Shown: in pieces, positions 37,669-47,376 of the stretch
Numbering within the stretch: position 1 is the first letter of the stretch
How the letters are laid out: every line of letters begins with the position of its first letter
Assembly (NCBI GenBank): GCA_965649225.1
Contig: CBFGJX010000012.1
Coordinates: 9,119-73,118 of the forward strand
Origin: a candidate division WOR-3 bacterium
GTDB lineage: Bacteria; Hydrothermota; Tepidihabitantia; Tepidihabitantales; Tepidihabitantaceae
DNA: 64,000 bases
Direction of reading: 5' to 3'
The notes under the pieces: model-generated
Database searches by the model: none
Seen by the model: the letters and a program-made list of their open reading frames with translations, nothing else
What the model was told of the DNA's origin: nothing
Translations under genes and position numbers: made by a program

Positions 37669-38812
37669 TCAGGGTTCATCAATACCCGACGCTGGGCGGT
37701 TGTCAAGCCGCGCTGGCCGTGTCAGCCAGGCATGGACAAACGGCTCAATGTGACCGTCCAGCACTGCCGTTACGTCGCGGCTTTCCAGCCCGGTGCGGTG
37801 GTCTTTGACGAGCTGGTAGGGAAAAAGGACATACGAACGGATTTGGTGTCCCCAGGCAATTTCGGTCTTTTCGGCTTCCAGTTTCTCCAGCTGGGCATCG
37901 CGTTTGCGTCGTTCGTGTTCGTACAGCCGGGCGCGAAGGATTTTCATCGCTGCCGTTTTGTTCTGGAGCTGGGAACGTTCGTTCTGGCAGACGACGACGA
38001 TCCCGGTAGGGATGTGGGTAATGCGCACTGCCGAGCTGATCTTGTTGACATTCTGGCCGCCGTGACCGCCGGCGCGAAATGTGTCTACCTTAAGGTCATT
38101 GGGATTGATCGTCACTTCGATTTCGTCCACCTCGGGCAGAACAGAGACGGCGGCAAAACTGGTGTGGCGTCGACCAGTGGCATCAAAAGGGGAAACACGC
38201 ACGAGGCGGTGAACGCCGGACTCGGACTTCAGCAGGCCGTACGCCCATTCGCCGGTGACCTCGAGAGTGGCATCTTTGATGCCGGCTTCGTCGTTGGGTT
38301 GGTAGTCAAGCCATGACCAGCGGAGTCCCTGTGCCTCGATATACCGGGTGTACATTCGCAGCAGCATCTCGGCCCAGTCACAGGATTCAACACCACCGGC
38401 GCCGGGATGGATGGACAGTATTGCGCCACGGGCATCCTCCGGGGAGTTGAACACCGCGCGTTCTTCCAGCGCGTCGAGCTCGCGGGCGGCAGCGGCGATA
38501 TTCTCCTGTAATTCCGCTGTGGCCGACGGGTCGTCGTCGTTCGAGTACAGTTCGAGGAGTTCGCGAGCAGTGGCGATTTCGGAGTCGAGGCGGTCGAGTC
38601 TTCCCAGCAGGTCACGCAGCGCCCCGATTCGGCGCATGACCGATTGGGCAGTGCGCGTGTCCGACCAGAAGCCAGGCTGGGTACTCTGTTCGGTCAGTCG
38701 TGCCAGTTCGTCGCGACGGGCCGGCAGGTCAAAGAAACTCCCGCAGTCGCGTCAGGCGTTCAGTCAGCCGGTCAAGGTCAAGCCGCCCGGCGCGGACATC
38801 GGGGTCGGCCAT
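37669..38812 (-). CDS. prfB: Peptide chain release factor 2 (programmed +1 frameshift)
   Basis: A 27-codon first frame from ATG 38812 ends in CTT TGA C (38734-38728) with an internal SD (GGGAG); the +1 frame carries SPF and GGQ. Confidence 0.96.
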
Positions 38813-38823
38813 CGGCAGCAGCC

Positions 38824-39048
38824 TTACTTCTTATCAGTCGAGGGCTGGGCAGTTCGACCGTAGCGGCGGCGGAACTTCTCAACCCTTCCGGCGGTGTCGA
38901 CGAGCTTCTGTTTGCCAGTGAAGAACGGATGGCAGGCAGAGCAGATATCGACGTGAATCGTCGACTTGGTTGAGCGCGTCTTGACCACGTTGCCGCAGGC
39001 GCAGGTTATTGTCGCATCGACATACTTGGGATGGATTTTATCTTTCAT
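38824..39048 (-). CDS. rpmE: 50S ribosomal protein L31 (zinc-binding type)
   Basis: MKDKIHPKY...CACG...[10 protein letters not shown]...GRVEKF. Confidence 0.97.
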   Translation of the reverse strand: MKDKIHPKYVDATITCACGNVVKTRSTKSTIHVDICSACHPFFTGKQKLVDTAGRVEKFRRRYGRTAQPSTDKK

Positions 39049-39052
39049 GTTG

Positions 39053-40321
39053 TCAACTTTCGCTCATGGATTGCAGGAACTCTTCATTGTTTCTAGTCAG
39101 GCGCATCTTGTCAAGGACGAATTCCATCATTTCGACCGGGTTCAATTCGGCGAGCAGCTTGCGCAGAACCCAGATGCGATTGAGCTCGAATTCGCTCAAT
39201 AGCAGTTCTTCCTTGCGGGTGCCGGAGCGCTGGAGGTCGATGGCGGGGAAGAGTCGTCGATCGGCCAACTTGCGGTCGAGGATCAGTTCCATGTTGCCCG
39301 TGCCTTTGAATTCCTCGAAGATGACCTCGTCCATCCGCGAACCGGTTTCGATCAATGCCGTGGCAATGATTGTCAGACTGCCACCTTCCTCAATGTTGCG
39401 GGCGGCGCCGAAGAACTTCTTGGGTTTCTGCAGGGCGTTTGAGTCGAGACCACCTGAAAGCGTGCGGCCGGAATGAGGCACGACCAGGTTGTGGGCCCGC
39501 GCCAAACGGGTGATCGAGTCGAGGAGAATGACGACATCGTGCCGGTTTTCGACGAGCCGCTTGGCTTTTTCCAGCACCATGTCAGCGACCTGAACGTGAC
39601 GTTCTGGAACTTCATCGAAAGTCGACGAGATCACCTCGGCCTTGACCGAACGCTCCATATCGGTGACTTCCTCGGGTCGTTCATCGATCAGTAGGACGAT
39701 CAGGGTGATTTCCGGGTGGTTGGTCGTGATTGAGTTGGCAATCTTCTGCATCAGTATCGTTTTGCCGGCACGGGGCGGTGAGACAATCAGTCCACGTTGA
39801 CCCTTGCCGATCGGGACGAACAGGTCATTGACCCGCATTGCGAAGTCGTTCTTCTCTTTGACCTCAAGCCGAATCCGCTCCTGAGGATACAACGGCGTCA
39901 GTGCGTCGAATGGTACCCGGCGTCGGTCGGCGTCAAGCGGCGCACCGTTGACGGTATCGAGTTTCAGCAGCGCATAGTAGCGTTCGCTGTTGCGCGGTGG
40001 TCGGGCTTTGCCCACGATTGTGTCGCCGGTGCGAAGACTGAAGCGCTTGATCTGCGACGGCGAGACGTAGATATCATCCGAAGAAGGCAAATAGCTGTAA
40101 TCGGGCGAACGCAGAAAGCCGAAACCTTCCTCAAGTATTTCCAAGACGCCGGAGACCTCTACCCCTTCGGCATCGGGATGCTGTTTGCGTGTTTCCGCGT
40201 CCATGATGGCCATGATCAGGCCGTGCTTTTTCTTTTCGCGGTAGTCCGGGATACCCAGTGACTCGGCGAGCTCATAGAGCTCGGACATTTTCTTGGTCTT
40301 TAACTCTTCCTGATTCATCAT
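39053..40321 (-). CDS. rho: Transcription termination factor Rho
   Basis: [54 protein letters not shown] 40321 has an AGGAG SD. Confidence 0.97.
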   Translation of the reverse strand: MMNQEELKTKKMSELYELAESLGIPDYREKKKHGLIMAIMDAETRKQHPDAEGVEVSGVLEILEEGFGFLRSPDYSYLPSSDDIYVSPSQIKRFSLRTGDTIVGKARPPRNSERYYALLKLDTVNGAPLDADRRRVPFDALTPLYPQERIRLEVKEKNDFAMRVNDLFVPIGKGQRGLIVSPPRAGKTILMQKIANSITTNHPEITLIVLLIDERPEEVTDMERSVKAEVISSTFDEVPERHVQVADMVLEKAKRLVENRHDVVILLDSITRLARAHNLVVPHSGRTLSGGLDSNALQKPKKFFGAARNIEEGGSLTIIATALIETGSRMDEVIFEEFKGTGNMELILDRKLADRRLFPAIDLQRSGTRKEELLLSEFELNRIWVLRKLLAELNPVEMMEFVLDKMRLTRNNEEFLQSMSES

Positions 40322-40522
40322 CGCTGTCTCCTGCGGCTCGTTTCCAATTGGCTGCTCAGGGGTTATCAGGCCTGTAGCTGGTGTTGCCGCTTTCCTTGAC
40401 TGCGGGTCAACAACTCCAAGCACCGGTGACGATTCTGGCAGACAGTGGCACCGGTGAGCGGGAATTGTTTGACCGGCGAATGCTGAGCAAGCGTAGCGGG
40501 TCTTTTTCCGCTTGCTCGTAAA

Positions 40523-40550
40523 AGTATAGAAAACTGGCTAGCGGTGTCAA
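40523..40550 (-). promoter_or_regulatory. sigma70 promoter of rho-rpmE-prfB
   Basis: TTGACA-N16-TATACT. Confidence 0.75.
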
Positions 40551-40626
40551 GCACCCGTGGTTCGTCAGCTTGGATGCAGGGTCGCCGCCGGATTAATACC
40601 CGGGGCAGTGTGAGAAAGCGAAACGA

Positions 40627-43302
40627 TCAGAAATCACCCAGGCCGGAGAGATTCAGCCCAAGACATAACCGTGGGCTGAACTCGGCGGGGCGTCGCCAGT
40701 CCCAGCGCCAGATGGTCAGGTCAAGGTACAACGGTCCGAGTTTGGCCCGGACACCACAGTTCATTCGGAAACGGGGTAGTGCTCTGGTTGAATCGGTAAC
40801 GTTGCCGACATCCCAGAAGAATCCGATTGGACGGACTGGTCTCAACTCGGCACCAACGTTCCAGGCGAAATGTCCGCTGACAAACTCGCCAGTCCAGCCC
40901 CGAAGGTTTGCGTCGCCGTCAAAATGCCACAGCTGCATCGGTGAAGCCCAGCCCTGGTGCCCGAGGTTTACCGGTTCATCGTCCGTTGGCAGCAGTGCGC
41001 CAGAGAGCCAGAAACGGCTCTGGCGAGGTAGATTGCCGTTGCTTGCCCCGGCAAATGCCCGCAGGTTCAAGCTGGATTGACGTGTCAGGTGCAGGGTCTG
41101 GCGCAGGTCAAGAGAAGCTTTCCACCATTCACGGGTTCCGCCAAGAGCCGGGATACCCCGGCTGACAGCCAGGTAACTGCGTGACACCAGCCACTCGGTG
41201 CGGCGGGTACGATGGGCGGTCATCCTGATCTCTGCGGTTCGGGCTGTTTCCCAGGCGCGAGGGTCGCGTCCACGGATGTCAGTCAGGTCAAGCCAGAGGT
41301 ACTCTAGTCGCAAAAGCGTCCCGGCCCGGCGGAAAACCGGGCTCAGGCCGTACTCGAAACCGAGCAGAAAGTCAGATTCGAGCACAGCATATTTGCCCAG
41401 AGCGCGCAGACGCAGTTCACGCGAGGACGTCAGTGGGGTCTGGTAGGAGAATCCGGTCTGCCATTTGCCCAGTCCGACACTGTAAGTCTGGGCCAGCGAC
41501 CAGGTATGACGGCCACGCAGCGGCCCGGCGTCGATGAACTGACGGCCATTGACCCAGCCTCCCAGTCGAACACCGTGGTAGGTATCCCACCACGCGTATG
41601 GTCCCCAGAAGACTTGATAGGCGTCAAAATCAGGCAAATCAATGATTGCTGAGAATCTGACCTGGCGGGGCCAGTGATTGTTCCAGCGTTCATGTTCCAG
41701 CAGCAGTCGGTCCGGATCCAGCTCGATTCGGCGCAAGCGGGCACCGATCGCCGGAGTGACGGTAGTATCGCGTCCTTGCCCGGACCAACGGATTCTTTCG
41801 GTTGCGCGGTCGTAATGCAGTTCTGCCGTTATCGGATTTTTGACACTGCCCAAGCGGCGTAGACGGAACTGCCGTCGGCCGCAGGCCAGTCCGACGACCG
41901 AGTAGTCGCAAAACCCCCGTGTTCCCAGCCAGGGGACTACAACATCGGCGATGTCGACTCCCGCAACCCGTTGGCTCAACTCCAGCAGGGTATCGACCGT
42001 AGGCGCTGGACCGGACACAAGCCAGTTGTTCATTATTGAATAATAGGCCGTTTCGCCGACTCGCCGTTCCAGTGTTGTGAAGAAAAGACCTGCGCGGGAG
42101 AAGCGGGCTTCGGCTAGATTGACGGTATTCTCGGCAAAACGGCGGGGCGGCCAGTCGATGGGTTCGAGCAGTCTGCCGACGGCCGCGGAGTAATACATCA
42201 GACGATGGAAGTATTCGACCGAGAAGGGCTTGAGCAGGGATAATTCAACCGGCAGATTCAAAAACCCGGCACGAGGATGTCGGCGGGCCATAAGTCGCAT
42301 TTCTTCGAAGACCGCCGGGCCGAGTGCCAGCCAGGCGCCGGTTTCCGGGTGCGGGGTGACTTTCACCGCAAACCACTGCAGTGCCAGCTGGCGATAGAGT
42401 CTGGCCTCACGAAGCCGTGTGAACGGCACGGTCGGACTGCCCAACAGAATCAAACCCGGAAGGCTCGTGTCGGTTTCAACAAAACCGCGGCAGTCGATGA
42501 TGCTTACCGGTTTCAGCGGTGGTTCCTCCCACCGACCGGCAAGTTCAGCAAGGGCGGATTCTGCCGCCGGGAACAGTTCGCGCCAGTCGTCACGAAGCTC
42601 TGGAGGAGCGTAGACGTCAAGTTCGACGTCACCAGAACCTCGGAGGGGAACAAGCCAGTCGGCTGCTGCGAGAGTAAGTGGTGGAGTATCGGTGGCCCGG
42701 AGGGTGAAAACCGTATACGTTCGTACATCAGCAGATGCGCGTTGTACGTTCGTCTGTTGCGGCAGTGGTGCGACCACAAGGGGAAACGGGACAGCCAGTT
42801 CTATCCGCCAGTCTGCGCGGGCAGGCATGCCAAAACTGCCTAGTGATGGGTCAATCATTCGGGGATGCCAGTCGGCGAGGATGAGCAGATGCCTGGTGCC
42901 GGTGGAGGGCCGACTTCTCAGGTCGAGGCGAAACTCCAGTCTTACCGCCGTCGATTCGCCGGGGGGCAGCGGTGGCGCCAGGCAAAGATGAACTGTGTCT
43001 TCGCTTTCGGCGGTTCGGACGGCGGACGAAGCTGAAACCAGTTCCAATCGGGGTCTTTTTTCGGCCCGGTTGAACTGAAACGCGGCAGGGCGGTCGCGAC
43101 GGACAAGGCAGCGGGTGGCGGTAGTGATTGCGAATTTCAACTCCGCCAGGCTGTCGGGGCCGGGGTTGGCAACGACGGCGGTCATGGCGCCAGTAATGAC
43201 GCCCGATGTATCCAGGCTGGCGGTGATGTTGAATGTTGTGGCACTTGCCGATAGTGACGCAAGCGCAAACAGAAAGAGCGAGTTCCGAACCGTCGGGCCG
43301 AT
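40627..43302 (-). CDS. M1 aminopeptidase-like protein with a degenerate active site and C-terminal beta-barrel-like region; start uncertain
   Basis: LALQWF...AWLALG aligns with M1 HExxHxWF...WLxEG; ELDPD...NN motif; the open frame upstream of ATG 43185 encodes a signal peptide. Confidence 0.65.
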   Translation of the reverse strand: MGPTVRNSLFLFALASLSASATTFNITASLDTSGVITGAMTAVVANPGPDSLAELKFAITTATRCLVRRDRPAAFQFNRAEKRPRLELVSASSAVRTAESEDTVHLCLAPPLPPGESTAVRLEFRLDLRSRPSTGTRHLLILADWHPRMIDPSLGSFGMPARADWRIELAVPFPLVVAPLPQQTNVQRASADVRTYTVFTLRATDTPPLTLAAADWLVPLRGSGDVELDVYAPPELRDDWRELFPAAESALAELAGRWEEPPLKPVSIIDCRGFVETDTSLPGLILLGSPTVPFTRLREARLYRQLALQWFAVKVTPHPETGAWLALGPAVFEEMRLMARRHPRAGFLNLPVELSLLKPFSVEYFHRLMYYSAAVGRLLEPIDWPPRRFAENTVNLAEARFSRAGLFFTTLERRVGETAYYSIMNNWLVSGPAPTVDTLLELSQRVAGVDIADVVVPWLGTRGFCDYSVVGLACGRRQFRLRRLGSVKNPITAELHYDRATERIRWSGQGRDTTVTPAIGARLRRIELDPDRLLLEHERWNNHWPRQVRFSAIIDLPDFDAYQVFWGPYAWWDTYHGVRLGGWVNGRQFIDAGPLRGRHTWSLAQTYSVGLGKWQTGFSYQTPLTSSRELRLRALGKYAVLESDFLLGFEYGLSPVFRRAGTLLRLEYLWLDLTDIRGRDPRAWETARTAEIRMTAHRTRRTEWLVSRSYLAVSRGIPALGGTREWWKASLDLRQTLHLTRQSSLNLRAFAGASNGNLPRQSRFWLSGALLPTDDEPVNLGHQGWASPMQLWHFDGDANLRGWTGEFVSGHFAWNVGAELRPVRPIGFFWDVGNVTDSTRALPRFRMNCGVRAKLGPLYLDLTIWRWDWRRPAEFSPRLCLGLNLSGLGDF

Positions 43303-44039
43303 TACCGTTCGCTCCAGATTTCGGTGCAGAATGCCTCGATGTCCTTGATGATCGATCTGTCAAGCCCGGGTTCGGCGAAACCGGCTGCCTGAGACTGGTT
43401 CAGTGGAGAGGACGAACCAAGGCAGAGTTTCGGCGTCCCGGCAACGGAGAGACAGCGTGACAGCGCACGGGTATAGTCGATATATGCTGTGCGGGCGGGC
43501 GGCGGTATGTGAAGTCGGTCGAGCAGATCGTGGACCCTTTGTTCGACAATGCGGGTTCTCGCCCAGTATAGAGCAGAATCGTTGGCAAGCCGTTCGAAAC
43601 GGTGTTTGCGCAATACGTGGCGAGCAGGGCGGCGGGAATGGGAGCTGGAAACCGGCTCGGGCGGTTTCGATGCGTTTTGACCTGCAGGCGGCGGGGCGGA
43701 AGACTGTCTGACTTCGGCTGATGGTTTTGATTGGGCCGGCCGCGGCTGTTGAGGGCGGGAAACGCCGGCGACCGTGGGGAGTACGTCTGCGATATCAGGC
43801 CAGTCTGCGCCGCACGACGCCAGAACAGCGGCAATGGTGCGCAGAGTCGGGTTGGGTATTTGACCCTTTTCGAGCCGGACGATGTACTTGTAACCGTGTG
43901 CCGGGTTGAATCCGAGTTTTTCAGAGAGTTTCATCTGCGACAGTCCGACACTGCGGCGCAGTTGGCGCAACCTCTGGCCCAACGCCACGAGACCCTCCAG
44001 CCGGCGAGGGTCAGAAGCCACAGACTTTTTTCTGGACAT
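43302..44039 (-). CDS. XRE-family helix-turn-helix protein with an unknown C-terminal domain
   Basis: LGQRLRQLRRSVGLSQ..L...LEKGQIPNPTL. Confidence 0.8.
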   Translation of the reverse strand: MSRKKSVASDPRRLEGLVALGQRLRQLRRSVGLSQMKLSEKLGFNPAHGYKYIVRLEKGQIPNPTLRTIAAVLASCGADWPDIADVLPTVAGVSRPQQPRPAQSKPSAEVRQSSAPPPAGQNASKPPEPVSSSHSRRPARHVLRKHRFERLANDSALYWARTRIVEQRVHDLLDRLHIPPPARTAYIDYTRALSRCLSVAGTPKLCLGSSSPLNQSQAAGFAEPGLDRSIIKDIEAFCTEIWSER

Positions 44040-44052
44040 TGGTAACGGGAGG

Positions 44053-44080
44053 ATGTTAAACCGGTTGCTGAATGAGTCAA
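44053..44080 (-). promoter_or_regulatory. sigma70 promoter of the XRE/M1-like operon
   Basis: TTGACT-N16-TAACAT. Confidence 0.6.
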
Positions 44081-44124
44081 GGCAACCATGGCCAGTGCTG
44101 AGCGTCTAGACGAATGTCCAGAGC

Positions 44125-44153
44125 TTGACAGTCAGGCAGCGGATGGCTAGATT
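44125..44153 (+). promoter_or_regulatory. sigma70 promoter of the pal/tol operon
   Basis: TTGACA-N17-TAGATT. Confidence 0.6.
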
Positions 44154-44231
44154 GACATAGTCTTCAGGGTCCGCGGAAGGAAGGCCGAGAGTTATAACTG
44201 CTAGCAGACGTGTTATGTAGGAGGAATCTTG

Positions 44232-44717
44232 ATGAAGAGAGCTGCAAAGAGTCTGGTGATTGTCCTGGGCGTTCTGCTGATACTCGTGTCGGCAGGATGT
44301 CCCAAGAAGAAAGTCGTAACCGAAGTTACACCGCCACCGCCGCCGGAGACCGTTACTGAGCAACCGGTCGAACAACCACCGGTGACGCTTGATCTGAAGA
44401 ATATCTATTTTGACTTCGACAGATCAGACATCAGACCCGGTGATGCGCGGATTCTCCAAGAGAACGCCGATAAGATCAAGGGGGCGGGCGACAGGGTGGC
44501 AGTGACGATTGAGGGCCATTGCGACCCGATCGGTACTTCGGAATACAACATGGCACTGGGCATGCGGCGGGCTGAGGCGGCCAAAGCCTATCTGGTGAAT
44601 CTCGGCGTGCCGGCAACTAGACTCACCACAATCAGCTATGGTGAGGAGCGGCTTGTTACTCAGAATGAGGCTGAATATCACCTGAATCGGCGGGCTGAGT
44701 TCAAGCCTGCACGTTGA
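44232..44717 (+). CDS. pal: Peptidoglycan-associated lipoprotein (OmpA C-terminal domain), copy 1
   Basis: Lipobox SAGC; IYFDFDRS, IEGHCD, EYNMALGMRRA, ISYGEE, NRRAEF. Confidence 0.9.
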   Translation: MKRAAKSLVIVLGVLLILVSAGCPKKKVVTEVTPPPPPETVTEQPVEQPPVTLDLKNIYFDFDRSDIRPGDARILQENADKIKGAGDRVAVTIEGHCDPIGTSEYNMALGMRRAEAAKAYLVNLGVPATRLTTISYGEERLVTQNEAEYHLNRRAEFKPAR

Positions 44718-44850
44718 GAGGCAACAGTGCCGGAGTCATCAGGAAGATATCTTCCTGATGGCAATGCCGGCATCAGACCATGGTCGGTTATGCTGCAAAC
44801 TACGGGTGCTGGGCCAATTGTCCAGCACCCAAGTCTAAAGAGGAGAGCTG

Positions 44851-45354
44851 ATGGTACGGAATCGTTACGGTCTGCTCGGGCTGGTTATGGCAGGTGTGGT
44901 GGCGCTTCTGGTCGCAGGCTGCCCCAAGCGCTGCGTTGAGCCGGTTGAGCCGGTACCACCTCCTCCGCCTGCGGGAAGTATCGTCGAAGAACCACTGGCC
45001 CCGGAATCGCCCGCGAGCAGTGCGACAGGGCTGCAGCCGGTCTATTTCGATTTCGACCGGTCTGAGATTCGGCCGGGCGATGCCGTGGTGATGCAGAACA
45101 ATGCCGCGGCAATCAAAGGGATGCCCGGCAGTCCGACGGTAACGATTGAGGGGCACTGTGACCCGGTGGGAACCTCGGAATACAATATGGCACTGGGCAT
45201 GCGGCGGGCTGAGGCAGCCAAGGCCTATCTGATCAAGCTGGGTGTACCGGCTACCCAGTTGAGTACCGTAAGTTACGGTGAGGAGCGGCTTGTTACCCAG
45301 AACGAGGCTGAGTATCAGCTGAATCGCCGGGTCGAGTTCAAAGTTGCCCGCTAG
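44851..45354 (+). CDS. pal: Peptidoglycan-associated lipoprotein, copy 2
   Basis: Lipobox VAGC; same OmpA/Pal motifs as copy 1. Confidence 0.88.
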   Translation: MVRNRYGLLGLVMAGVVALLVAGCPKRCVEPVEPVPPPPPAGSIVEEPLAPESPASSATGLQPVYFDFDRSEIRPGDAVVMQNNAAAIKGMPGSPTVTIEGHCDPVGTSEYNMALGMRRAEAAKAYLIKLGVPATQLSTVSYGEERLVTQNEAEYQLNRRVEFKVAR

Positions 45355-45372
45355 AAGTTCCACTTCCGGATT

Positions 45373-46173
45373 GTGACGCGGAGTGGCAATTCGGCGCAGT
45401 GTCCTGCGCTGAGTATCATTTTGGCAGGCGTGGTGATCGCGGCGGTTCTGCCGGGCTGCACCCTTACTCGTGAGTACGCCAGACGGGGGCTGCTACTTGA
45501 TTCGCTGGCGGTCCGGACAGTACGGATCGAGTCTCGGCAGAACGAACTGGCGCAGGAACTGGCAGTTACCCGGGCCGAGGTTTCACGGCAACTGAATCAG
45601 ACCATTGACCGCCTGGATGCAATTTCCGCCCGACTGGAGGAAACCGAGAACCGGTTGACCCGAATCAGTCTGCGGCTTGGGCTCGGGCGCGGCAATCTGA
45701 CTCCTGCACCGGCAGAAGGTGACACACCGAGGCTGAAGCAGTCACAGCCGGCGCCGGTTCGCCGCGACACCATTGCGTTGCCCGCTGGCGGCAGCCCGGA
45801 CCCGGTGAAGATGTACGATGCCGCCTATTTCGATTTCACGCGTGGCAAGTACGAGGTTGCCATCAACGGTTTCGAGCAGTTTATCAGCCAGTTTCCTGCC
45901 AGTGACAACGCTGACAACGCCCGCTACTGGATCGGTGAGTGTTACTATTCCATGAACGACCTTGAGCGGGCGCGAGCCGAGTTTGCCCGGGTGCTGCGTG
46001 AGTATCCGGACGGAAACAAAGTGCCGGCTGCCACCTACAAACTGGGCATGGTCGAACTCGGTCTGGGTCGCCGCGAGGAGGCGCGACGCTGGTTTGACGA
46101 GGTTATTCGAAAGTATCCTGGAACTCCCGAAGCCCGGCTTGCTGAGGACAAACTGCTGAGGCTGGAGGACTAG
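45373..46173 (+). CDS. cpoB: Tol-Pal system protein CpoB/YbgF
   Basis: Lipobox-like LPGC, coiled coil, TPRs (ADNARYWIGECYY, YPDGNKVPAA). Confidence 0.88.
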   Translation: MTRSGNSAQCPALSIILAGVVIAAVLPGCTLTREYARRGLLLDSLAVRTVRIESRQNELAQELAVTRAEVSRQLNQTIDRLDAISARLEETENRLTRISLRLGLGRGNLTPAPAEGDTPRLKQSQPAPVRRDTIALPAGGSPDPVKMYDAAYFDFTRGKYEVAINGFEQFISQFPASDNADNARYWIGECYYSMNDLERARAEFARVLREYPDGNKVPAATYKLGMVELGLGRREEARRWFDEVIRKYPGTPEARLAEDKLLRLED

Positions 46174-46892
46174 TGCCGCCGATGCCTGACCAGGGGGGCG
46201 GTTTGCTGGGGCCATTCGTCAATGCCGGCATCTTTGCCCAGGCCGTAATTATCCTGCTGCTGGTAATGTCGGTGGTGTCGTGGGCGGTGGCAATCCGCAA
46301 ACTACGGCAGCTCAGCCGGGCACGGCGTGCGACGCGCCGGTTTCTGCAGGCATTTGGCTATCGTCGGCGGCTGGGCGACCATGCGCGACTGGCAGAGGAG
46401 TATGCCGATTCACCGCTTGTGGCGCTGCTCGTTGCCGGAACCCGGGAATGGCTGATGCTGCGCGATGAGTACCGGGGGGCGAAAGTGGCCGATGTCCTGC
46501 AGCAGTTGATGCCGAACATCACCGAGGCGATGGAACGTGCGGCATCACTTGAGTCGGACAAACTGCAGGGGGCGATGCCGGTTCTGGCCATTACGACGAT
46601 GGTCGCGCCATTCCTTGGTCTGCTGGGAACTGTCCAGGGTGTGTTGCGGACTTTCCTTAGTCTGCGGGGAGCAACCATGCCTACGCTGCAGACAATTGCG
46701 CCCGGCATCTCCGATGCGCTGGTTACGACGGTAATGGGGCTGCTGGTAGCGATTCCGGCGGCGCTGTTCTACAACTACCTGGTTGCCAGGTCATCGGACC
46801 TGCAGTCGGAGATGGAAAGGTTTGCTTCGGAGCTGACCGGAATCATCCGGCGCGAGATTGCCCAACCCAAGAGCTCAGGGGCTGAGGATTGA
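46173..46892 (+). CDS. tolQ: TolQ/ExbB proton channel
   Basis: APFLGLLGTV, IAPGISDALVTT.MGL.VAIPA. Confidence 0.88.
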   Translation: MPPMPDQGGGLLGPFVNAGIFAQAVIILLLVMSVVSWAVAIRKLRQLSRARRATRRFLQAFGYRRRLGDHARLAEEYADSPLVALLVAGTREWLMLRDEYRGAKVADVLQQLMPNITEAMERAASLESDKLQGAMPVLAITTMVAPFLGLLGTVQGVLRTFLSLRGATMPTLQTIAPGISDALVTTVMGLLVAIPAALFYNYLVARSSDLQSEMERFASELTGIIRREIAQPKSSGAED

Positions 46893-46965
46893 GCAACGGT
46901 GATGCGCAGGCGACCGGTTGGCTGCGGTCCGTAGGCATTTTGGAAATGCATTCGGCGGTGGCGAC

Positions 46966-47376
46966 GTGATTCATCGTCCACGCAGACTCAAACTGATGGC
47001 GGAAATGAATATCACATCGCTGGCCGATGTCAGTTTCACGCTGATGGTGATTTTTCTGATTGCCGGCGTCTCGACTGCCCTGAGCCGGAATCAGGGAATA
47101 GACCTCGAACTGCCCCGCACCACTACGGTTGAACCCCAACCCAAGCAGGGTCTTGACATCAGCATCAAGGCCAACGGTGAGATTTTCGTCGGCCGCAAGC
47201 TGACGGATATTGATCGCTTCAGCCGGACATTGAGCGACGAGCTGGCCAAGGGCGACTATGACCGTGTCTATCTGCGTTCCGACAAGCGTGTTGATTATGG
47301 CACGGTGATGACGGTGCTGGGCGCGGTGCGCGAACACGGCATCACCGACATCGGACTGGTAGCCTTGCCGCGGTGA
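46966..47376 (+). CDS. tolR: TolR/ExbD
   Basis: EMNITSLADV..TLMVIFLI, LELP, RSDKRVDYG; start uncertain. Confidence 0.85.
   Translation: MIHRPRRLKLMAEMNITSLADVSFTLMVIFLIAGVSTALSRNQGIDLELPRTTTVEPQPKQGLDISIKANGEIFVGRKLTDIDRFSRTLSDELAKGDYDRVYLRSDKRVDYGTVMTVLGAVREHGITDIGLVALPR

Noticed and set aside
37679..37706. TTGACA upstream of the ferredoxin gene, inside the prfB 3' end
   Set aside because: No TANNNT at 16-17 bp (TATTGA/ATTGAT), so not counted as a promoter
44160..44195. TCAGGGTCCGCGGAAGGAAGGCCG resembles SRP RNA helix 8 (CAGGTCCGGAAGGAAGCAGC)
   Set aside because: Spacing and the AGCAG side do not match, there is no long enclosing stem, and it lies in the pal leader
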